DNA of 64,000 nucleotides from a virus. Under the pieces are notes generated by a model. It saw nothing but the letters and a program-made list of their open reading frames with translations, ran no database searches and was not told the origin of the DNA. Shown here piece by piece: positions 50,278 through 58,142 of this stretch. How positions within the stretch are numbered: the first letter of the stretch is position 1; the number at the start of each line of letters is the position of its first letter. The stretch lies in IMG/VR virus record IMGVR_UViG_2716884766_000001, positions 1 to 64,000 of that record; one strand, 5' to 3'. A program made the translations under genes and the position numbers.

Positions 50278-52152
50278 CTAACTATAACTTGATTCTGGTA
50301 CGACACCTGTTCCAGAAGTGTTTGAACCACTGGAAATCTCATCATCAATTACATTTACGACTAGATTATCTATACCCAATGTCAGATAGGTCTCTCTGAG
50401 AGAAACAATGTCATTAGATTCTGGAACTACGGAGAATTGTAAAATATTATCAGTAGCATTGACTACTTCAGTGATTACTAAGTCGTTAATAGTAATTTCT
50501 CCCATTGTATAGTCGATAGTTCCCCAGTTACCACCAATGTACTGTTTAGAACCATCTGCGTTAACATAATAAAGACGGATAGTTCCTAATCCATCATCAT
50601 TCAAGTAAAATACCTGATTACCGCCATCAGCACGTTTGAAACCATTAGTTTCCAAAGTTGGTGTATCTAATTGTGCGTTAATTCTGTTACCGAAGCAAAT
50701 TTTGTAATTGAATCTCTGATTTAGAGAAACAGGTACATTTTTACGCATTCTCACTTTTGTAATGTTGGATGTGATAGCTGGTTCCGCATCATCAATGATC
50801 TTTCCGACCTTAGAGTACTTAAACTTACCACCAAACTTGTTAAACTCAGCGGAAGCGTTTAATGTCTCCATTGTACGGTAAATAATTTGCTTTATATCTT
50901 CTTGACTTCTTCTAGTGTCGTTTGGGTTGAAATAAACATAAGAAACGAGGTCAATAAACAAAACAGATGGATCCATGATCTTGGGTTCTACCGCACCTAC
51001 TGAATATGAACGTATTTTCTTCGATACTGCATCTTTTTCAGATATAGAAAGACGATCTGCGTTCTTAGGTTTGATAACAACGATCACTTTACCGTATTCG
51101 GGTGGATCTGCCTCTTCACCACCAAAAGCAACGATAGATTGTACGTTAGGATAGATCTGAGGTATGATTGCTTCATAGTCCTTAGTAGTTACTGCTCTAC
51201 CGAAGGCAGAATAGAACTTAGGAGCAGAATATTTGATAGCATCAATGCTTTCTGGAGCCGCACCGCCATCTGGGACTGCTGTAAGGTCTAAAGTGATGCC
51301 AGAAGTGATAGGAGTGTTCCTAGAGTCTTTAACAGTACCCGCAAATGAGTATCCTGATAATCCATTAGGTCCTGTACCTATAGATGTTGGGTACTTTACT
51401 TCAATTACGTCACCATTAACTAATCCTTCGCCAAGGATACCATCACCGAAGATTATTTCGGGTCTCCTTGTCTCTGCTTCTTCTAAAAAGAAGACTTTAC
51501 TTATATTGTTTACTGTTGTTATATCTGTTGCCTGCAAATATGCATCAGTGACAGTTCCACGTGTTACTTCCACAGTCATAGCTGACGTATCAGCATTAAG
51601 GTTGCCTAAGATGAACCTCTGTCTTTCTGATTCTGTTTTTACGAACGTGTCAGTGATGAATATTCCTTCGTATGCTACTACATCTGTAAATGTTGCTTTA
51701 CCATCTAATGTATTAACTGATACGATCAAATCTTTAGGTATGGAGAAGATATAGTTCTCTCCACTCTCTCCAGTGAATGATGTAAACACCCCTTTATTGA
51801 TTTGTACTGATTCTGGGTATCCTCTACCATTCGCCCCTGTGCCATATATCGTCTGTACGACCACTGTAAAGGTCGCACGGGCACTTCTAGCACTCCTTGG
51901 GGTATATCCTATTAGTTTAGCTAACTTTACTACGTTTTCTCTTAGAACTGCAGTGTCTAAGAAGTTCTCGTTGATTGCTAGGTTGGCATTAACCGCTGAA
52001 TAGTAACTATTATAAGCAAGTACGTCTAAAAGAGTTGACAGAGAGGATCCTTCAAAGTCATAATCCGAAAATTCAGACTGTCCCTGTAGATATGCTTTTA
52101 GTTGTGCCTTAATCTCGTGAAATTCTAACGAGTTAACTTGGGTTAGTGCCAT
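50278..52152 (-). CDS. gp6: Baseplate wedge subunit gp6
   Basis: FSDYDFEGSSLSTLLDVLAYN...LIGYTPRS...RAVTTKDYE...GGEEA.PPEYGKV. Confidence 0.95.
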   Translation of the reverse strand: MALTQVNSLEFHEIKAQLKAYLQGQSEFSDYDFEGSSLSTLLDVLAYNSYYSAVNANLAINENFLDTAVLRENVVKLAKLIGYTPRSARSARATFTVVVQTIYGTGANGRGYPESVQINKGVFTSFTGESGENYIFSIPKDLIVSVNTLDGKATFTDVVAYEGIFITDTFVKTESERQRFILGNLNADTSAMTVEVTRGTVTDAYLQATDITTVNNISKVFFLEEAETRRPEIIFGDGILGEGLVNGDVIEVKYPTSIGTGPNGLSGYSFAGTVKDSRNTPITSGITLDLTAVPDGGAAPESIDAIKYSAPKFYSAFGRAVTTKDYEAIIPQIYPNVQSIVAFGGEEADPPEYGKVIVVIKPKNADRLSISEKDAVSKKIRSYSVGAVEPKIMDPSVLFIDLVSYVYFNPNDTRRSQEDIKQIIYRTMETLNASAEFNKFGGKFKYSKVGKIIDDAEPAITSNITKVRMRKNVPVSLNQRFNYKICFGNRINAQLDTPTLETNGFKRADGGNQVFYLNDDGLGTIRLYYVNADGSKQYIGGNWGTIDYTMGEITINDLVITEVVNATDNILQFSVVPESNDIVSLRETYLTLGIDNLVVNVIDDEISSGSNTSGTGVVPESSYS

Positions 52153-52550
52153 TATCGTTTCAATATAACTTCTAGGTTATCAATAACATTAGGCAAGCCA
52201 GTAATTAGATAATAAATCTCTACTCTCATATCATTGTCTCTTTCAATGAACTCTGATCTGACAGCATAACAAACCACACGTGGTTCATACTGGTTTATAC
52301 AATTTTGTATCTGTGCTTCTACAGCAGTAGACTGCCCACTCTGATACAATTCAAACAAAGCACCAATAATGTTCCCACCGTACTGAGGTAGGAATGGTTT
52401 CTCATAAAAGTTGTATCGAACAATGTTCTTTACAGACTCTTTGATTGCTTCTTCGTTTTTTAATGTATTAACGTCATTCGTTATTGGATTTCTTCTAAAA
52501 GTTAGATCAAAATCCTTAAACGCTCGACTTGGTAGGGCACCTTTTGCCAT
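52152..52550 (-). CDS. gp25: Baseplate wedge subunit gp25
   Basis: FKDFDLTF..NPITND...AIKESVKNIV...EKPF.P.YG...YEPRV (GPW/gp25 family). Confidence 0.92.
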   Translation of the reverse strand: MAKGALPSRAFKDFDLTFRRNPITNDVNTLKNEEAIKESVKNIVRYNFYEKPFLPQYGGNIIGALFELYQSGQSTAVEAQIQNCINQYEPRVVCYAVRSEFIERDNDMRVEIYYLITGLPNVIDNLEVILKR

Positions 52551-52577
52551 ACTATACCTACGTATTCGACCTAGAAG

Positions 52578-52748
52578 TTATTTAGACACGTTTTCAAAGG
52601 GTTTTCTCTTCTTTCTTGGTCTATCTGATCTAGGATCGGTAATTAGGTATCTACAATACTCATTTCCATGGTCATAAAAGTGATCTGACATGTCAACGGG
52701 TATATTTGCGTTCCTTTTTCCGTCTACAATTCTATTTGCCTTGGCCAC
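52578..52748 (-). CDS. Small hypothetical protein (probable GTG start at 52748)
   Basis: VAKANRIVDG...VDMSDHFYDHG...YLITDPRSD; the longer ORF-track start overlaps the upstream gene. Confidence 0.55.
   Translation of the reverse strand: MAKANRIVDGKRNANIPVDMSDHFYDHGNEYCRYLITDPRSDRPRKKRKPFENVSK
52579..52585 (-). promoter_or_regulatory. T4-like late promoter (CTAAATA) upstream of gp25
   Basis: Plus strand TATTTAG, 29 nt upstream of the gp25 ATG. Confidence 0.6.
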
Positions 52749-52869
52749 GATACATTTTCCTCGCTTTATTTCGGGATGTAGCAGAGTATTTAGAATGTTG
52801 TCCTTTACCCTGTCTTGTTTTCTTTGGTTTTGATTCAATACTGTTTCCAGTGTTCCATGTTACTGCCAT
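52732..52869 (-). CDS. Small basic protein (45 aa)
   Basis: MAVTWNTG...PKKTRQG.G..SKYSATSRN..RK.YRGQG; start re-placed at 52869, just after the PAAR stop. Confidence 0.7.
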   Translation of the reverse strand: MAVTWNTGNSIESKPKKTRQGKGQHSKYSATSRNKARKMYRGQGK

Positions 52870-52877
52870 AATTTTTG

Positions 52878-53165
52878 TTATCCTGCAAATACGTTTGATG
52901 ATCCTGCTGCGACTGATGTACAACCGCCTAATCCGTCTCCTACTCTACCACAACCTTTGCCATTGACAAAGACTGTACCACTTCCACTTGAAATAGAAGC
53001 AGAATGAGGTGGACATGGATTACCAGGTTTTAAGTGTGTGGTGTTCTTATCTCCTTGACGAGAAATAGGTCTACCATTAGCAAAGACGTTACCTGAACCC
53101 TGTGCTCTAGACATTCCAGAACAATGGGCTACATCTGCGTCTCCAACTCTTGTTACTGCGGGCAT
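52878..53165 (-). CDS. PAAR-repeat spike tip protein (T4 gp5.4-like)
   Basis: MPAVTRVGD..VAHC...GSGNVFANGRPISRQGD...CPPH...GSGTVFVNGK..GRVGD...GSSNVFAG; start re-placed at 53165. Confidence 0.9.
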   Translation of the reverse strand: MPAVTRVGDADVAHCSGMSRAQGSGNVFANGRPISRQGDKNTTHLKPGNPCPPHSASISSGSGTVFVNGKGCGRVGDGLGGCTSVAAGSSNVFAG

Positions 53166-53169
53166 GTGT

Positions 53170-53667
53170 TTAATAGTAATTTGAAATGAAGGAACGTATA
53201 CCTTCCCACTCATTATATATCTTCAATTCGAGAGTGAAGGTTGCGGGACTCTGTGCTGTCATGTTACCAGACGGTCCTGATTCCCATTGGACTGTGATAT
53301 CAAAGAACTCAGAGACATAATTACTGCCATCTTGGTTCAGATCGTAAAGAACCTTATCATCAGGCATGTTATCAGTGCCTTCTACTGTTGTTGGAGTAGA
53401 GTTAAGGTTAGTTTTGCCCTGTTCGACGTATGTAAAGAAGTCTGAAAAGGGATCTGCGAGCGTTCCTGTGATTGAAACGCTTGTTGTACCAGGTGTTATT
53501 ACTAAATTCGGTTGATTACCCTGTACAGTGGCATTGACATTCGTTACAGCACACTGATTCGGACTCGATACACTACATGAAGCACTCACTGAGGTGTTCA
53601 TAGTGAAGTTTGGTCGGGTTATATCGGGTAATCCTGTTATTACGTCGGGTGATATTGATACACTCAC
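53170..53667 (-). CDS. Hypothetical protein (possibly baseplate-associated)
   Basis: 165 aa, beta-rich, directly upstream of PAAR in a late operon. Confidence 0.7.
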   Translation of the reverse strand: MSVSISPDVITGLPDITRPNFTMNTSVSASCSVSSPNQCAVTNVNATVQGNQPNLVITPGTTSVSITGTLADPFSDFFTYVEQGKTNLNSTPTTVEGTDNMPDDKVLYDLNQDGSNYVSEFFDITVQWESGPSGNMTAQSPATFTLELKIYNEWEGIRSFISNYY

Positions 53668-53882
53668 TTCTGTTCTCTTGCTTGAAGCATAGTTAGGAAG
53701 TTTACCATGTTCTCCATCAACGCATGGTCGTTAATATCATGCGGTGGGTCTGGATACTTAGGCATAAACTTAATTAAATGGTCAAATTTATCGGGAATAT
53801 CAGAAATTTTATGATACTCTATCAATTCTGTGCCCTGACGAACAACAAAATCGCCTTCGAGGGATAAAAATTGTGCTTCCAT
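53664..53882 (-). CDS. Hypothetical protein
   Basis: 72 aa; DIPDKFDHLIKF.P..P.PPH motif; preceded by late-promoter-like ATAAATA. Confidence 0.75.
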   Translation of the reverse strand: MEAQFLSLEGDFVVRQGTELIEYHKISDIPDKFDHLIKFMPKYPDPPHDINDHALMENMVNFLTMLQAREQK

Positions 53883-53897
53883 GATGTTTTTTACAAA

Positions 53898-53904
53898 TAT
53901 TTAT
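53898..53904 (-). promoter_or_regulatory. T4-like late promoter (ATAAATA) at the start of the baseplate operon
   Basis: Plus strand TATTTAT, 16 nt upstream of the ATG at 53882. Confidence 0.65.
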
Positions 53905-53941
53905 CCCGTCGTGCGGATGCAACGACGCGATTTTTTGTATT

Positions 53942-54145
53942 TCAGTACGAAGTATCAGTAATCGCTAGATTATCGTCTTCGTCTAGGGTAATTTCTACGT
54001 AATTTAACTCCGTATTATAGGTCCACATGAGTTTTTCCCAGATTCCGTGGAAATCTTCCTCATCTACACCTCTCATTATACATCTATCTTCCCAATAGAG
54101 GTGATAAATCTTAGAGTTTTTCGATAGAGTTGAGTCTTTTGTCAT
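53942..54145 (-). CDS. Hypothetical protein
   Basis: 67-aa ORF, acidic C-terminus, in the same operon orientation. Confidence 0.65.
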   Translation of the reverse strand: MTKDSTLSKNSKIYHLYWEDRCIMRGVDEEDFHGIWEKLMWTYNTELNYVEITLDEDDNLAITDTSY

Positions 54146-54290
54146 GTTCGAGTACTACGTCTACTAATTTTTCATAATTTTCCTTATTTGGTCGCTTCAT
54201 TAGAAGCTCCATACTATTAAGGCGGGTCTCCAACGCTTCAATTTGTGATTTGAGAGCGTAGAGACAGTCAGATATCTCTTGCTGAGTCAT
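54111..54290 (-). CDS. Small coiled-coil hypothetical protein (59 aa, not in ORF track)
   Basis: MTQQEISDCLYALKSQIEALETRLNSMELLMKRPNKENYEKLVDVVLEHDKRLNSIEKL; ATGA overlap with the upstream gene. Confidence 0.7.
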   Translation of the reverse strand: MTQQEISDCLYALKSQIEALETRLNSMELLMKRPNKENYEKLVDVVLEHDKRLNSIEKL

Positions 54291-54460
54291 TCTTCTATAT
54301 CAAAACTCCATTGTATAGACTTAATATAGTCAAAAGTACATGATATGTCTTTATCACAGTCAATATCATACTTACGATCACAAAGAAATTTACGTAATTC
54401 GTAAATCCCAGAGAACTTTCCCTGTTTTTCTTGCTTCTCGTCGTATAGAATGTACTTCAT
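54287..54460 (-). CDS. Small hypothetical protein (57 aa, not in ORF track)
   Basis: MKYILYDEKQEKQGKFSGIYELRKFLCDRKYDIDCDKDISCTFDYIKSIQWSFDIEE; GAGG just upstream; directly downstream of a sigma70-like promoter. Confidence 0.72.
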   Translation of the reverse strand: MKYILYDEKQEKQGKFSGIYELRKFLCDRKYDIDCDKDISCTFDYIKSIQWSFDIEE

Positions 54461-54487
54461 ACCCTCTAGCTAGTTGTCTTCCTTCTA

Positions 54488-54515
54488 ATTATAACACATA
54501 TTATCAGCAAGTCAA
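54488..54515 (-). promoter_or_regulatory. sigma70-like promoter TTGACT-N16-TATAAT (extended TG)
   Basis: Plus strand ATTATA at 54488-54493 and AGTCAA at 54510-54515. Confidence 0.7.
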
Positions 54516-54718
54516 CACAAATTCACAAATTCTTTAGGTTCTTTTAAGGATTTCTCCATATGAGCATCGTTCCAATGACGTATATTACCCGCTACGATGA
54601 AACAATTAGTGACTATGAGTTGTATGAAGATAAAAGTACGTATCCCCGCTATGATATCTGCCTCTCGATCAGACTTTCCAGACTTCTCTCCGAGTGCTTT
54701 TGCCCAAATTCGCCACAT
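54512..54718 (-). CDS. Small membrane hypothetical protein
   Basis: MWRIWAKALGEK.G..DREAD.IA.IRT...TNCFIVAGNIRHWN; one hydrophobic segment. Confidence 0.75.
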   Translation of the reverse strand: MWRIWAKALGEKSGKSDREADIIAGIRTFIFIQLIVTNCFIVAGNIRHWNDAHMEKSLKEPKEFVNLC

Positions 54719-55305
54719 TAACAGTTCTTATTCAAGTCTTCTGCCATATTACCACCGATCTCTGCTCCCTGTTCTCCACCAAACATAGCTATCCACCCTG
54801 CTGCTACCCATCCTACGAATGGTATAGTACTCACTGTAGGTGCTGCTGCTGCTCCAACGCTTGTTCCGACAAGTCTCCCAGTGCCTTCAGCACTACCTAC
54901 TGCCTTAATACATGCTAAATCTTTGTCTGAGAGTTCGGGATTACTGTCAGTAAACTCTTGGTAAGGTGCTAACCAACTTCTTTTGTTACTTACTGCTCCA
55001 CCTTGGTTGGTCTTACCATCCATGAAGTACTCTTCAACTGTCTTAGTTGTCTCTGTTGCTAGTCCTAAGAATCCTCCCTTCTCTTTCACGTCCTTAGTAA
55101 TGTATGCTGTCTTAGGATCGTTTGCCTTATAAGAGATTCTATATCTATCTGGTTCTACTTCTGCTTGGAAAGTACCGTAATCACCATCTGGGATATTGAC
55201 TACTGGTAAGCTTCTCTCTTGTTTGTTCGTTGCTATCATTCCAATCATAGCAATATGAGAGACTCCTACGAGTACTCCCAATGATAATCCAATCCACTTA
55301 ATCAT
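54718..55305 (-). CDS. Hypothetical protein with N-terminal TM segment and C-terminal glycine-zipper-like region
   Basis: 195 aa; hydrophobic N-terminus; GRLVGTSVGAAAA...GGEQGAEIGG. Confidence 0.75.
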   Translation of the reverse strand: MIKWIGLSLGVLVGVSHIAMIGMIATNKQERSLPVVNIPDGDYGTFQAEVEPDRYRISYKANDPKTAYITKDVKEKGGFLGLATETTKTVEEYFMDGKTNQGGAVSNKRSWLAPYQEFTDSNPELSDKDLACIKAVGSAEGTGRLVGTSVGAAAAPTVSTIPFVGWVAAGWIAMFGGEQGAEIGGNMAEDLNKNC

Positions 55306-55510
55306 TTTCTTCTTTAGTATAAGGAGTGAAGACTATTAACTCTTCGCCATCCTTAACTTCCTTCATCTCTGGGTGTATATTATAAGATGTTTTAGGTTTT
55401 GTGTCAAGTGACATGAGTACAGATGACATGCTTCGCCACATAAACGCAAAAGATGCTCCTAGCACTGCTGCGAAGCATATAAAATATACGAATATGGTTA
55501 TGTCATTCAT
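55298..55510 (-). CDS. DUF2973-like small membrane protein
   Basis: TM helix followed by IHPEM...GEELIVF, resembling the cyanobacterial DUF2973 HPE motif. Confidence 0.65.
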   Translation of the reverse strand: MNDITIFVYFICFAAVLGASFAFMWRSMSSVLMSLDTKPKTSYNIHPEMKEVKDGEELIVFTPYTKEEND

Positions 55511-55607
55511 CTGAAGAGTCCTTCCCTGTATAGTATCTATAATACTCTATCTCTAAGAGTCTACAGAGTTCTTCAAACTCTTCATCCGTCAGTAGGTCTA
55601 AATTCAC
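55503..55607 (-). CDS. Possible 34-aa ORF (GTG start)
   Basis: VNLDLLTDEEFEELCRLLEIEYYRYYTGKDSSDE; fills the gap between two genes and overlaps both. Confidence 0.4.
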   Translation of the reverse strand: MNLDLLTDEEFEELCRLLEIEYYRYYTGKDSSDE

Positions 55608-55815
55608 GTTTCTCGTAATCGTAGTTGGGGTGGGGTTGAGCAGAGATCACAGGATCCTTAGTTTTGTTCTTAATCACAATAAATCTATCAGCAGCAAAGG
55701 TTCCTGCCAGTTGTACCACTACCTCATCTCCATCCTTCCAATTAATACTGCCATCCTTCTTGGTATGTAGCATTGCTTCCTGTATCTGATCAATTAACTC
55801 TTGTGTGAGTTTCAT
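55582..55815 (-). CDS. Hypothetical protein
   Basis: 77 aa; MKLTQELIDQIQEAMLHTKKDG.INW...LAGTFAADRFIVIKN. Confidence 0.75.
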   Translation of the reverse strand: MKLTQELIDQIQEAMLHTKKDGSINWKDGDEVVVQLAGTFAADRFIVIKNKTKDPVISAQPHPNYDYEKREFRPTDG

Positions 55816-55898
55816 TTCTTAAATGCTCCGAGTTTAGTTAATACGTATAATCCGAGTACAACCCAGAATATAAGTTCAAGTGCGTAGTTAGTCGTCAT
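55812..55898 (-). CDS. 28-aa single-pass membrane peptide (not in ORF track)
   Basis: MTTNYALELIFWVVLGLYVLTKLGAFKK; ATGA overlap with the downstream gene. Confidence 0.6.
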   Translation of the reverse strand: MTTNYALELIFWVVLGLYVLTKLGAFKK

Positions 55899-56127
55899 GA
55901 TCATCCCAAGGGTCGGCAAGTCCTTTGTTAGCAAAGAAAGCTTTGTATACACCAAACCCTGCCAAGAGTGTGGTAATCACTGCTACTGATATCCCAAACG
56001 TGATGTTGGGGTTAGCATTATAGTGAGGTATGAGTGCGTTACACTTCGTCCAAGTACCTGGCAGTGTATACACAGGGGGGCACGATAACAGCATATCTCT
56101 TATCGCATACATTTCAGATCCAATCAT
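55888..56127 (-). CDS. psbN: PsbN-like protein with an N-terminal extension
   Basis: C-terminal half (TFGISVAVITTLLAGFGVYKAFF...LADPWDDHDD) matches the PsbN pattern: TM helix, G[YF].[LV]Y.AF, L.DP[FW]..H.D. Confidence 0.75.
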   Translation of the reverse strand: MIGSEMYAIRDMLLSCPPVYTLPGTWTKCNALIPHYNANPNITFGISVAVITTLLAGFGVYKAFFANKGLADPWDDHDD

Positions 56128-56259
56128 AGGGGGGTTTTACCTCAGAAAAAATTTTTAAATATTTTTGAAACGCACGTACCCACTTTTGTAGGTTAGCTGC
56201 GTGGGACTCTTTTATAACGGGGGGGCGGGGGCGACTGCCCCAACCACTGCCTTTGCGAC

Positions 56260-56451
56260 TCACCCGTGAAAGAGTGGTCGCATATAGTCTTTGAACTTCT
56301 CACGCATGTCATCAGCAAGAACCCATAATTGCTCTTCTGATAGAGCGTTCTTGGCATCTGCTAACTGTATAGTTAGTTCGTCATAGCATGCCTGAGAGAT
56401 GCCCTTATTAGTTAGGTCATACTTATGTAGTTCAACATGATTAAAGAACAT
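56260..56451 (-). CDS. Hypothetical early protein
   Basis: 63 aa; GISQACYDEL...QLWVLAD.MREKFKDYMRPLF. Confidence 0.7.
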   Translation of the reverse strand: MFFNHVELHKYDLTNKGISQACYDELTIQLADAKNALSEEQLWVLADDMREKFKDYMRPLFHG

Positions 56452-56454
56452 GAT

Positions 56455-56697
56455 TTAAAATCCTCCGTTAAGTGAATCGTTTAATTTCTCAATGTAATCA
56501 GCATATGTGTCATGCTGATTGCCTAGACGTGTAATCCAGTTGTTATACCAATAACAATTAGATCCGTCCTCTAGGATAGGATCAGCGGTTAACTCACCGC
56601 CTACCTTACGTGTGAGAGTGGGGGTTGCTACCTCACTCTGTGTATATCCTTTCTGTGCTAACTGTGGATAGAATTCGTTGAAATCTGAATTGTTCAT
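56455..56697 (-). CDS. Hypothetical early protein
   Basis: 80-aa ORF downstream of a minus-strand TATAAT at 56725-56730. Confidence 0.7.
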   Translation of the reverse strand: MNNSDFNEFYPQLAQKGYTQSEVATPTLTRKVGGELTADPILEDGSNCYWYNNWITRLGNQHDTYADYIEKLNDSLNGGF

Positions 56698-56769
56698 AAT
56701 GTGTAATTAACTGTGTATAACCCTATTATAGTACGTACTGTATATAAACGGGGGGGTTATCTGTGAACG

Positions 56770-56955
56770 TTAACAATTCGTTACACTATAATCCCACGGA
56801 GCAGGTTCGCATATCTTCTCTGTGAGAGAATCAAACGCATCTTCCGATGCGTCATCTATCCACCCCATGTCTATAAAATAGGTTGCCATCTTCACTAGAA
56901 CTGCTTCCTCTGGTTCGGTAACATTTAGGGTGCGTTCCCATACTGCCTTAGTCAT
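56770..56955 (-). CDS. Hypothetical early protein
   Basis: 61 aa; GGAGG Shine-Dalgarno upstream and TAATG coupling. Confidence 0.7.
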   Translation of the reverse strand: MTKAVWERTLNVTEPEEAVLVKMATYFIDMGWIDDASEDAFDSLTEKICEPAPWDYSVTNC

Positions 56956-57140
56956 TAATGATACCCTCCCTTAGATTCAAATACATCTTCGTTCCAGTGT
57001 TCATGCTCTTCTAGAATGCCAAGGTTGATTGCTATCTGGTCATAGCATTCCATAGCACTGCGGGACATACGACCCGCTGTATAGTCCCAACCTAAATCAG
57101 CGAAGTCGTCATAGAGTTTTTTAACGTTTACAGGTTTCAT
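56955..57140 (-). CDS. Hypothetical early protein
   Basis: 61 aa; DLGWDY..GRMS.S motif; GGAGG Shine-Dalgarno and TAATG coupling. Confidence 0.7.
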   Translation of the reverse strand: MKPVNVKKLYDDFADLGWDYTAGRMSRSAMECYDQIAINLGILEEHEHWNEDVFESKGGYH

Positions 57141-57322
57141 TAGTTAACCTCCATCCATTTGATGTCTGCCTTAGTGCCTACCTTGAAAATACAGACGCGA
57201 TCCATGGTATCGGTTGCCATGTCAAGTGCTGTGTCCTCAGCGGATGCGAAGTCGTTTTTAAATTCAGCACCTATCAAAACTTGGTTTCCCCAGTGTGAAG
57301 GTTGGATTGCCCATGTTGTCAT
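57140..57322 (-). CDS. Hypothetical early protein (start re-placed at 57322)
   Basis: MTTWAIQPSHWG...; AGGAG Shine-Dalgarno and TACAAT -10 (57353-57358) upstream. Confidence 0.7.
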   Translation of the reverse strand: MTTWAIQPSHWGNQVLIGAEFKNDFASAEDTALDMATDTMDRVCIFKVGTKADIKWMEVN

Positions 57323-57388
57323 GTTGGATTGCTCCTGTGTTTGTATAGTACTATTGTAGTCTATTTTGTTGGAAAAAATAGCATTGAT

Positions 57389-57412
57389 TGTGACACAAAT
57401 AATATTGTCACA
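57389..57412. promoter_or_regulatory. Palindromic early-promoter box, copy 1
   Basis: TGTGACA-caaataatat-TGTCACA; centre 42.5 bp from the minus-strand TACAAT at 57353-57358. Confidence 0.75.
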
Positions 57413-57431
57413 CCAGACCGCGACGGTCTGG
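57413..57431. terminator. GC hairpin (possible terminator or processing site)
   Basis: CCAGACCG-CGA-CGGTCTGG just downstream of the gene ending at 57448; no clear U-tract. Confidence 0.4.
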
Positions 57432-57447
57432 GCGGCTCGTTTGACGC

Positions 57448-57603
57448 TCAAGTAACAGACCTCCTAAACTCTAGACATATCTCTTTGAAATAGTCCATGT
57501 CCTCTGCTGACACATAGTCTGCTCCGTCCTCTCCAAAATAAGAGAATGTTTCATTCACTCTCTTAATAAAGGTAAGCAATGCGATTTCGTTTGGTGTATA
57601 CAT
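57448..57603 (-). CDS. Hypothetical early protein
   Basis: MYTPNEIALLTFIKRV...; start re-placed just after the upstream stop. Confidence 0.65.
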   Translation of the reverse strand: MYTPNEIALLTFIKRVNETFSYFGEDGADYVSAEDMDYFKEICLEFRRSVT

Positions 57604-57605
57604 GA

Positions 57606-57773
57606 TTAGTGCCTGTCTGAGATGTACCATACCCCATAGTTGTTTATTCTTTGGGGTTCAAAGTTTCTCTTTGACATTTCAAAGAGTGCTGCCTTAACAA
57701 CTGGATTGTTAATTGCTGTTTCGTTAGCAAGTACCTTTCCGTCGTAGATAGGTCTTAATTGAGAGTCAAACAT
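57606..57773 (-). CDS. Hypothetical early protein (start re-placed at 57773)
   Basis: MFDSQLRPIYDGKVLANETAINNPVV...GVWYISDRH; TATAAT at 57798-57803 upstream. Confidence 0.7.
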   Translation of the reverse strand: MFDSQLRPIYDGKVLANETAINNPVVKAALFEMSKRNFEPQRINNYGVWYISDRH

Positions 57774-57797
57774 AGTTTTCTTGTTTGTTACTCTTCT

Positions 57798-57906
57798 ATT
57801 ATAGTTCGGATTACACATAATAATGACAATAAAGGACACTAATATAAGTGGCACACTGCCAGCTTAAAATTCCAGAGCTACATGCTATAATGAAGGTAGA
57901 GCTCAT
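57798..57906. promoter_or_regulatory. Bidirectional promoter module with palindromic box, copy 2
   Basis: ATTATA(57798)-GGACACTaatataAGTGGCAC(57834-57854)-TGCTATAAT(-10 at 57886)-GGTAGAGCTCAT. Confidence 0.8.
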
Positions 57907-58142
57907 TTCCCTACCCCCTTTTTAAAATCACATTTCATGTAGTCTTTGATCTCTTCCACCACTTCATCATAGCTATCGTCCCAATAGTTGCGAGCTTCCT
58001 CGATGAACTCATGCTCACCCAGTTTATCGAAGTAATTAAACAAGTCGTTGGATACATACTCCTCTAGGTCTTTGGTGGACATATTGTCCACCATTCTCTC
58101 TGTTAAGAACTCTTTGAGTTCTAGTAGTAATTCTCTATCCAT
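57903..58142 (-). CDS. Hypothetical acidic early protein
   Basis: 79 aa; ERMVDNMSTKDLEEYV motif. Confidence 0.75.
   Translation of the reverse strand: MDRELLLELKEFLTERMVDNMSTKDLEEYVSNDLFNYFDKLGEHEFIEEARNYWDDSYDEVVEEIKDYMKCDFKKGVGK

Noticed and set aside
3798-52003. Dozens of plus-strand ORFs (60-207 aa) antisense to the structural genes
   Set aside because: They are shadow frames of Thr/Gly/Ser/Val-rich genes with biased codons. I saw no ribosome-binding sites or recognisable motifs, and they lie fully inside strong minus-strand genes.
56763-56786. Possible ninth box (GTGAACG...CGTTAC) upstream of the TATAAT at 56725
   Set aside because: Both half-sites deviate and the centre is about 44 bp from the -10, so it was not counted; a motif scan could rescue it.
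57140-57854. ORF-track N-terminal extensions (57451, 57630, 57854; likewise 58679, 59166, 63689)
   Set aside because: The extensions run through promoter boxes or upstream genes; downstream ATGs with better Shine-Dalgarno, promoter or overlap context were used instead.
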